NCBI RefSeq assembly: GCF_006345805.1
Contig: NC_043018.1
Span: 28,768,001 to 28,832,000 of the forward strand
Reading direction: 5' to 3'
Length of the DNA: 64,000 nucleotides
Origin: Octopus sinensis
Taxonomy: Eukaryota
Below are positions 53,231 to 64,000 of this stretch, piece after piece. How positions within the stretch are numbered: position 1 is the stretch's first letter; each line of letters starts with the position of its first letter. The position numbers and the translations under genes were made by a program. The notes below the pieces were generated by a model. That model had not been told where the DNA came from. It saw nothing but the letters and a program-made list of their open reading frames with translations, and ran no database searches.

Positions 53231-53304
53231 CCCTGAACAATTGTTTCATTACTAATGTAATATGTAATTTTACTTACATAAACATCTATAAATCATCAGC
53301 AGAG
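53231..53304 (-). ncRNA. Hammerhead-like motif (H6, minus copy)
   Basis: CUCUG-CUGAUGA-long imperfect helix II-GAAA-CAAUUG-UU-CAGGG. Confidence 0.55.
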
Positions 53305-53452
53305 GTTTGTCTTAAATACAATTTATTAGACCAACACGAGCGTCAAACGCGCGTGCGGTTTAACCAATTGCATTTTTAGTTATGCCTCAAATTTACCCGC
53401 GATAAGCATGCTAAGACTCATTGGAAACGTATGCTGCATCAAATAAAATATA

Positions 53453-53525
53453 TCTGCTGTTGATTTATAGATGTTTATGTAAGTAAAATTACATATTACA
53501 TTAGTAATGAAACAATTGTTCAGGG
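53453..53525 (+). ncRNA. Hammerhead-like motif (H6, plus copy; CUGUUGA core)
   Basis: Inverted copy of 53231-53304 with an A6U change. Confidence 0.45.
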
Positions 53526-53668
53526 TCAATCTATTTATTAGTTATGTTTCACTTTCCTTCCGTTAAATGTAATGTTATTTCTAGTTGGAAACATCATTTC
53601 TGTGGCTATACAATCGGAGCTATTTTTAGCACTAGAGCTATCCACATAGTGGTAACTCTCTAATAATT

Positions 53669-53749
<81 letters not shown>

Positions 53750-53757
53750 ATTATATG

Positions 53758-53788
<31 letters not shown>

Positions 53789-53897
53789 GTATGTATATAT
53801 GCATACACATATATGTATACACACATATATATATATATACATATATACATATATACATACACACACACACACACACACACACACTATATATATATAT

Positions 53898-54559
53898 AAT
53901 ATAAAATATGAATTAGAGATAAAACCACTATTAGGCAACTCAAACAGTGATAGGCGTAAACCAATACATAAATAACAAATAATATAAATATAATTAATAT
54001 AATATATAATAAATATATATATAAAATTTAAAATTTAATTTTTTTTTGTTCAGGCAGAGTTACCTAACTCGGATAAAAACCTCAAAATTGTGAGATCCGA
54101 CCTCGTTTTCGAGGTTATTTTTGTAGTAAAAAAGAGTTGTTGTGCATAAAGCATGCTTTATTTGGTAGCCGAACGATAACTGAAACTTTTGATGCCTCAT
54201 ACGTCAAAATCAGCAACTCAGTTTTCGAATCCATAAGGAACACACGCACACACACTCCACAAACTTTTACATATATATATCAAGATGGACGCTCGTCCGC
54301 TAGAGATAGCAGCGACTCATCTTCCTGCCAGAGATTTATAGAAAATCAACTGTCTTCGCTTGAATAAGTTATACCTTGAAATCAAATTTTCCTTCTCATT
54401 TAAAATCTGTCATAATTTCCGTTCGGTGTGGGTTCGGCATTTTGGAAGCGAAGATAATTCCAGTAACTCAAGAATTTCTTTTGTATGACATTTTCTACAT
54501 CTTCATTCATGCCAGTAGCCATTTCTCTCAGTTCATCTTCGTTTACAATATTATATATA

Positions 54560-54612
<53 letters not shown>

Positions 54613-55507
54613 CGCATATGTATATGTATATATGAGTGTGTGTGTGTGTTTGTTTGTGTGTCCGTCTGTACACGTATGAATATGCCAATATAATGTAATA
54701 TCTGTGTAAAATATTCAAATTGTAAAAAAAAGATTGCAGGAAACTCACAAATTCCATGAGGCACCCACACGTAAACAAATACATATGTGATATGTATGCA
54801 TATACACGTACACACCCACACCCACACACACACACCACACACACACACATATATATATATATAATATAAAATATGAATTAGAGATAAAACCACTATTAGG
54901 CAACTCAAACAGTGATAGGCGTAAACCAATACATAAATAACAAATATATAAATATAATTAATATAATATATAATAAATATATATTAAAATTTAAAATTAA
55001 TTTTTTTTTTCTTCAGGCAGAGTTACCTAACTCGGATAAAAACCTCAAAATTGTGAGATCCGACCTCGTTTTAGGTTATTTTTGTAGTAAAAAAGAGTTG
55101 TTGTGCATAAAGCATGCTTTATTTGGTAGCCGAACGATAACTGAAACTTTTGATGCCTCATACGTCAAAATCAGCAACTCAGTTTTCGAATCCATAAGGA
55201 ACACACGCACACACACTCCACAAACTTTTACATATATATATCAAGATGGACGCTCGTCCGCTAGAGATAGCAGCGACTCATCTTCCTGCCAGAGATTTAT
55301 AGAAAATCAACTTGTCTTCGCTTGAATAAGTTATACCTTGAAATCAAATTTTCCTTCTCATTTAAAATCTGTCATAATTTCCGTTCGGTGTGGGTTCGGC
55401 ATTTTTGGAAGCGAAGATAATTCCAGTAACTCAAGAATTTCTTTTGTATGACATTTTCTACATCTTCATTCATGCCAGTAGCCATTTCTCTCAGTTCATC
55501 TTCGTTT

Positions 55508-55575
<68 letters not shown>

Positions 55576-55805
55576 CGCATATGTATATGTATATATGAGT
55601 GTGTGTGTGTTTGTTTGTGTGTCCGTCTGTACACGTATGAATATGCCAATATAATGTAATATCTGTGTAAAATATTCAAATTGTAAAAAAAAGATTGCAG
55701 GAAACTCACAAATTCCATGAGGCACCCACACGTAAACAAATACATATGTGATATGTATGCATATACACGTACACACCCACACCCACACACACACACACAC
55801 ACACA
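53898..55805. repeat. 965-bp tandem duplication with microsatellite junctions
   Basis: 53898-54862 is nearly identical to 54863-55805; differences are mostly 1-bp indels and repeat lengths. Confidence 0.9.
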
Positions 55806-56248
55806 AACACAAATGCTACACATGCACAGATGTCGTATAGACATATATACGTGGGCAGATAGGCACCTACAATCATATAATATTCATATTGAAAAGACAA
55901 ATGAAATTCATTGAAATATTATTCCAAAAACAACAGCAGTCACTCAAGACAGTGATAAATGTTGTAGTAGTTGTAGTAGTAGTAGTAGTAGCAGCAGCTA
56001 TGCAGTTGTTTAGGAAAATGTCTGTTTTACTGCAGTAAATTTCTACTTTACGACATAAAAATGCAATTATTTGAAAGAGTTGAAGCGCCTGGTTTTCTAA
56101 TACTTTTAGAGCATATGAAAGTATCAAATTAATAAAAAGCAGTATACAGTATGCAGTCGATAAATTAAGTACCAGTGAAACACTACGGTCGTAGTATCGA
56201 CTCGTCCTCTTCCCTAAAATTGCTGCCAATGTAAGCAAAATTTGAAAC

Positions 56249-56288
<40 letters not shown>

Positions 56289-56861
56289 GAGTAAGAGAGC
56301 AGTGTATGCCATCAAAGTGACACTGGGTTAAATATACGAAGCCCAGTATACCCATCATGACTACCCGTCTGATAAGGGTTCACTAGGCACATGCATCACA
56401 ACCATATGTGCACGACATGGTGATCTCATATCAAGATAAACAGCACATGACCTTGCAGGTGGGGCCCAGTTAGAATTTACTTCTGGTCGAGTAGCCCATC
56501 CCACTCAAAAGGTCCCTGAATAAGGGTTGTTTAAGGATGTTGAACAAACCACCCATGTTTCCAGAGGTGAATTAGTCAAACTCTAAAGAATCCCTCTCAA
56601 CACATGGCTATGATGCTCCCCCCACTACTTCTGCTCGTGATCAGAGATGCACATATCGTCAGCCACTAAGGGACATGCTCAGCTGGTTACGGTCAAACAA
56701 CTGACAAGCAAATCTGTGGTATTGAGCAGAATATTTGCTGTAGCCCATCTTTTATACCAAGACAAAAAAACGTACATGAAACACTTCCAATCAGTTAAGA
56801 TCAGAAGCCATAAGAGCCTCTGCCTGGTACTGCATCAGGGCATTTTATCATATTATTATTA

Positions 56862-56869
56862 TTATATTA

Positions 56870-56942
<73 letters not shown>

Positions 56943-56979
56943 GTTATTGTTATTGTTGTTGTAATTGTTGTTGTTGTTG

Positions 56980-57056
<77 letters not shown>

Positions 57057-57060
57057 AATA
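56862..57060. repeat. (ATT)n/(GTT)n microsatellite
   Basis: Directly visible. Confidence 0.95.
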
Positions 57061-57464
57061 ATCAATTAAATAGAGCCGCTTGAAATAGCCGTAATGAATT
57101 GACAACTGTACATCTTTGATACTTATTTATATTCTGTTCACTTAGCTTGGATTCTGCACTTTGGAAATATTAAACAAAGTACCTTTATAAACAGTACAAT
57201 TACCAAGAGCGGATATTTTCACTTAGCTGGGTTGAGTTGCCTGCACACGACAAGGATATTAGGTGCAAACACTCCAACACGGTATCTTGATATTCAAAAT
57301 TCAAATAATATTGTTGAGGTATGCGAACTACACCGAACTATCAAGGTGTCTCAATTTGAGTACCTAATTCAACTGAATCTTAATTATATATATATATGTA
57401 TATATATATATGTGTGTGTGTGTGTATGTGTGTGTGTGTATACGTATATATATATAACTATTTC

Positions 57465-57690
57465 TTTATTACCCACAAGGGGCTAAACATAGAGGGGACA
57501 AACAAGGACAGACATAGGTATTAAGTCGATTACATTGACCCCAGTGCGTAACTGGTACTTAATTTATCGACCCCGAAAGGATGAAAGGCAAAGTCGACCT
57601 CGGCGGAATTTGAACTCACAACGTAACGACAGACGAAATACCGCGAAGCATTTCGCCCAGCGTGCTAACGTTTCTGCCAGCTCGCCGCCC
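57465..57690 (-). mobile_element. SINE-B monomer
   Basis: Full head, core and B1 tail. Confidence 0.9.
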
Positions 57691-57795
57691 TATACGTATA
57701 TATATATAACGCCATGTTGGATCGTTAGCTCCTACACGCATTTTTTTCTCTCCTTGTTTCTATCCTTGTTTCTCTCCTTGTTTCTATACTGTGTA

Positions 57796-57833
57796 TCTTT
57801 CTGTCGAAGAGCGTAGGCTCGAAATGTAAAAGA
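57796..57833 (+). ncRNA. Variant hammerhead-like motif (H2, second copy)
   Basis: UCUUU-CUGUCGA-A-GAGC(GUAG)GCUC-GAAA-UG-UA-AAAGA. Confidence 0.5.
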
Positions 57834-57929
57834 CTTGTTTTATTTCTATTCCTGAGCGCCATACTAATACAATTGTTTGTTTGTACTCCACCTGCCTTCG
57901 TCTTTTGTTTATTTTCGTAAACCTTCCCG

Positions 57930-57969
<40 letters not shown>

Positions 57970-58060
57970 ATTTTAATCCAAAAGGGAAACAAAAAAACAA
58001 CAACAACAGGAACAATTACAGTATTATATTAATAGGCGCTCAGGAGATGGAAGCAGGGAG

Positions 58061-58095
58061 GTATGACGTTTCGAGCGGAGCTCTTCGTCGGAAAC
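58061..58095 (-). ncRNA. Variant hammerhead-like motif (H3, second copy)
   Basis: GUUU-CCGACGA-A-GAGC(UCC)GCUC-GAAA-CG-UC-AUAC. Confidence 0.5.
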
Positions 58096-58378
58096 ATAGA
58101 AGAAGAGAGAAGAGAGAGGAAAGAAAGATCCCAGAGCGGGCAACAGGGAAAGAGAAAAAAGACGACTGGTGTTTACGAGTTGCACATGGTGAAGGCGGAT
58201 GTTGACGATAACAAGAGCAAAGTGGGTTTTTAAAGGCAAAAGAGTGGAGACAAGGTTGGTAACCCAACAGATGTGTGTGTATGTGTGAGTGTGTGCATGT
58301 GCGTGTGTGTATGTGTGTGTGTGAGGCGAGATGAAAAAACAAAAAAATATAGGTGTGTGTTAGTGTGTGCGTCTATAT

Positions 58379-58434
<56 letters not shown>

Positions 58435-58752
58435 TAGAAATATGTTACAAAAAGAAAATATAAAATACAGGTGGAAATGTAAGGGGAAAATATAAAAAAT
58501 CAACGAAAATGCACATTGTAAATAAAAAAGAAAAGGCTTTTTATGAAAGGTAATGACAAATATATACATTTAGAAGGACTGAGGTAGTAATAAAAGTCAT
58601 AAAAGTAATTAATTATGACATGATTATAAGATGATTATAAAAGTCAGAAAACAAAGCATACCATGGTTTCCGCAAAGCTATTCATTGCTTTGAATAAACA
58701 CCGACCAATACCTTATTATTATATTATTATGATATATATATATATATATATA

Positions 58753-58798
<46 letters not shown>

Positions 58799-58817
58799 TA
58801 TTATCGACTGCACATAC

Positions 58818-58980
58818 TTCAACAGCAAGATGTTTTAAAACCCAGTGCAACATGGAAGTTGTCTTCCAGGCGCTATTCCGCAGCCGATTGGCGAAGAAAC
58901 AGAGCACATGCTCAGTGTAATTGCGGTCGATAATATTTACAACAATGACTGCTTCTTCGTGTTGGAATTCAGCCCCACAT
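58818..58980 (-). CDS. Candidate coding exon, product unknown
   Basis: TTATTCAG acceptor, 54 open codons (CGAEFQHEEAVIVVNIIDRNYTEHVLCFFANRLRNSAWKTTSMLHWVLKHLAVE) and GTATGT donor. Confidence 0.3.
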
Positions 58981-59569
58981 CTGAATAAGGGCTCAATTCA
59001 GGCGGCAATGAAAACTGGTTCGATTCCCGCAGCTGTGCGTTGTTTATTACGTCTGCCATGTAAGTATGTACCTCATCTCATAACTACATTTCCCTGAATT
59101 CTACAATTAAAAATTTTATTTAAAGGAATAATTAATTCTTTCTTCACTACACACAAATACTATGTATTTTAAGAAGGAATATTCAATAAAACCTGAAATA
59201 TTCAGTAATTTCTTAAGGGCGTTTTCAGCCTTAGTAACTCAAACAGATTCGGATCGAGTTTAGAAACATTGGCCAAGCTCCGGTTTGTGGGAAAGACAAT
59301 AATAATAATAATAAAAAATTCTCACCTTTTAGTCTATCTAGATAGGCAGTCGCTGATATATAATAAGATAATAAAGTTTCATATACAATATTAAACGCAT
59401 AAAAATATAACATTATGGAAAGAATTTCATATGACAAAAGAAAACAGCCAAAAAATAGCCCCAAACAATTTTTTTTCGTATTGGTTTTCAATTCGAAATG
59501 ATTACTTTAATGGAGAGTGATAAATTGATAAAACAGGAAATAGAACTGCAAAAGAAGACGAAGTGATAT

Positions 59570-61250
<1,681 letters not shown>

Positions 61251-61889
61251 GATGGTGATAAATGAAAAGGAATAGATATATACTTTAGATTATCTCCACG
61301 TTAATTTATAAGGAAATGTTCAATGAACAAACACACACACAGAGAATTAAATGAATACACATTTGAATAAAATGAGGAAACTGCTTCAATGCGTTGTTTT
61401 TAAAGCATTTACTTTATCTCAATGTTAATATTTCAAGCATTAAAATCGTTTTCAAGAAAAAGAGATGAAGGAAAACGGTGAAATGAATAGCGGGAGGAAA
61501 ATAGCAATCAATACAGAAAGTAGATTATAAACTTTTATTAATGAGTTTAGATGGCTCCCTGTTGCCACTATTTATGGTACAGAAACGACAGAATGTAACA
61601 TACACTGCATCATTATTAAAGCACTGGATGCTATACTTTGAAATTATTCGTTGCAATTCACTGAACTCAGCATTCAAATATCGCCCACGAAAGTTTTGCT
61701 TCCAATTCATTCGAGGTCGATTAATGAAGACCTAATTCTAAGCTGGCTGAATATTTAGCACTTCAGACAAAATTCTTAGCGACAATGTTTCCAGCTTCCA
61801 GCTTTTCAGCTCCGAATTCAAACCTCGCTGAAGTCGATAACCCCTTTTATCCTTTCGAGATAGATAACAAAACACTAGTCCAGAGCTGC

Positions 61890-62490
61890 GAGGTGGCTAG
61901 TTTGTAGAATCGTTAAGATACCGGACAAAATGACATAGTGGCATCACTTCCGGTTCTTTACATTCTGAGTTTAAATTCCACCGAGGTCAATTTTGCCTGT
62001 TATCCTTTCGGGATCAATAGAATAAAGTACCAGACATGTAGTGGGGTCAATGTAATGGACTTGCCTTTTCCCCTCGAAAACAATCGATTAGACGCACGTA
62101 CATTTATATAGTGTGCTATAAGACATATCTTTAATCTTTTTACGACGATTATAAGCAATTCGTTCGTATATGTGGGACAACAGAGAATGGTAAACAACAG
62201 CATGCTTGGCTAGCTTTCCATCAAAAATCTCCTGCGGCTAAAATTCTGCCAGCTCTCCACCTTAACTGTAGCTCTAATATACTGCCTTCAAATTTTGGCA
62301 CAAAGGCAGCAACTTCTGGAAAGTGGCTATGTCGACTACATCGATCCCAGCGCTCAGCTGGCACATATTCTATCGATACCAAAAGGATGAAAGGCAAAGT
62401 CAAATAATTGGAATTTGAACTCAGAGCGTAAAGCGGATGAAATGCTGCTAAACGTTTTGTTCGGCGTGCTAACGATTTTGCCAGCTCGCC
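61890..62490. mobile_element. Diverged SINE-B copies (61890-62070 plus; 62280-62490 minus)
   Basis: Diagnostic heads and cores. Confidence 0.7.
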
Positions 62491-62603
62491 ATTGTACAAA
62501 AGTGTGCTGGACGGTTTCATTGTCCAGCCCACATCTTGGACACGTCGGCGGCACTGACATTCCGTGCCTGGATAACTTATCGACCCGTCCCTTGGAGATA
62601 GCA
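62489..62603 (-). pseudogene. Short Tx1-like ORF2 zinc-finger fragment
   Basis: VDKLSRHGMSVPPTCPRCGLDNETVQHTFVQW aligns with the C-termini of the two other LINE copies. Confidence 0.75.
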
Positions 62604-62870
62604 GTAATTCGCTCCGGCTCGCAATATAAAGAAAACCAAGCGACAATCAGTCACTGATCTTGCAATAAGTAAAGTAGCTAGTAAGAAAATCTCAAGAAGA
62701 TATATTATGTATAACATTTTAAGCAACTCGATGATAGCTGACGGTGTTGGTGGTGGAGAGATTGTACGGCGCTAACGATCACTAAATTATTCATAGAGAA
62801 AATAAAGTTGTTGATATGACAGTTGGATTTTGGTCGAAATCTGTTATGCAAGTATGGAATTAAAGTAATA

Positions 62871-63222
62871 TTACAGAGAAAAGTTGGAAGCGTTCTTCAA
62901 GTCCAGACTTGCATGTAAATTTGGCTTAACCACAGAACGAGACACCATAATGAATTCGCTGAAATTATAGAAGCCATCGGCTCTTGCTAGACTGGTTAGT
63001 CCGGGCTCTTTTTGTTCATGAGAAACATGTCGAAACACATGTGTCCCTTGCGCTAAATAATGGAATGTGTTATGAACACGTAGTCGTCGTAAGAGAGAGG
63101 TTGTTATCGCTTCGAACGAGCACAACAGCGATTCAGCGTATTTGCATTTGAATATACGGAATATATTGAGATTAAATTTGCGAATCATCGTCGTCATAAT
63201 GATACTTGCATTTGTTCTTAGG
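62871..63222 (-). CDS. Candidate coding exon or ORF, product unknown
   Basis: GTGTTTTAG acceptor followed by 116 non-repetitive open codons ending in TAA; no recognised motif. Confidence 0.3.
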
Positions 63223-63257
63223 CTAAAACACGCACATACACAGATACCCAAAACCAT

Positions 63258-63454
<197 letters not shown>

Positions 63455-64000
63455 CTTAGTGGGGGATTGGAATGCTACCTTGGACACGCATGTAGACTAC
63501 GTGGGTAGAGATAGGAATAGACGGGGATGCAAATGCCTCAGAGACCTGCTCAGATGCTTTCAACTGTCTGACAGGTTCCGACTAGACCACCCGAATGCGC
63601 CAACGTGGACATGGAGCAACCGCATCGGGTCGTCGAGATCGTATCTAGATAGGATACTGTGTAGGACAGTAGATAGAGATAGCATAGGATGTCCACAATT
63701 CCACATAGTCAGCTACACGGATCACAAACTTGTGACATGTACGCTAGACTTAGGTAAGACACTTAGGCAGGGTCCCGGATACTGGAAACTAAACGCGTCT
63801 TTCCCATCGAGACAGTTTTCAGAGACCGGATTAGCACACTAGTAAAGAGGGCTTTGACGGGAGCCATCATCAACAACAAATGGTGGTTTGCCCCCAAGAG
63901 AGCAGTAAAAGCAGAAGCGATTAGGTACAGCAAGCACTACCATAGACAGAAATAGAGTAGAGGGTGAGCTAGTTAAGAAGCTAGAAGAGGCAATTAGAAG
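63455..64000 (+). mobile_element. 5'-truncated Tx1-like LINE (endonuclease region) running off the window
   Basis: GDWNATLD...SYLDRILCR...GPGYWKLN; paralogous to 42700-43230. Confidence 0.92.

Larger units (their letters stand above)
52990..53667. mobile_element. Fold-back element H6 in (TA)n
   Basis: Arms 53089-53302 and 53453-53667; its terminus resembles that of H1. Confidence 0.8.

Noticed and set aside
61525-61710. Minus-strand 61-aa ORF as a possible exon
   Set aside because: Short, no recognisable motif and no convincing splice sites.

Overview
A repeat-dominated, AT-rich eukaryotic window with no recognisable cellular gene. The dense microsatellites and SINE families suggest a cephalopod (Octopus-like) genome; this is an inference. 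Almost all ORFs in the supplied track are translations of microsatellites or repeats. Contents: (i) a near full-length, decayed L1/Tx1-clade LINE (~40.5-46.0 kb) plus three related fragments; (ii) three relics of the Penelope-like element (PLE) C-terminal/GIY-YIG region; (iii) two DD37D (maT-type) Tc1/mariner transposase relics, a Merlin-like MITE pair, a Tigger-like end and Helitron/Helentron-like elements; (iv) dozens of copies of four tRNA-derived SINE families (my working labels SINE-A to SINE-D), some as TSD-bounded concatemers; (v) a higher-order minisatellite, two local tandem duplications and two weak exon candidates. The main result of the hunt is 11 type I hammerhead-ribozyme motifs, found by manual pairing. 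They sit in five or six non-coding repeat families that mostly abut (TA)n tracts and form fold-back or partial-tandem structures. They include a U3-A8 core variant and an unusual variant with an extra A and a loopless helix III. A second result is that the SINE-B 3' tail matches the 3' ends of two Tx1-like LINEs in the window. All alignments, folds and identity estimates were done by eye, and no database searches were run.
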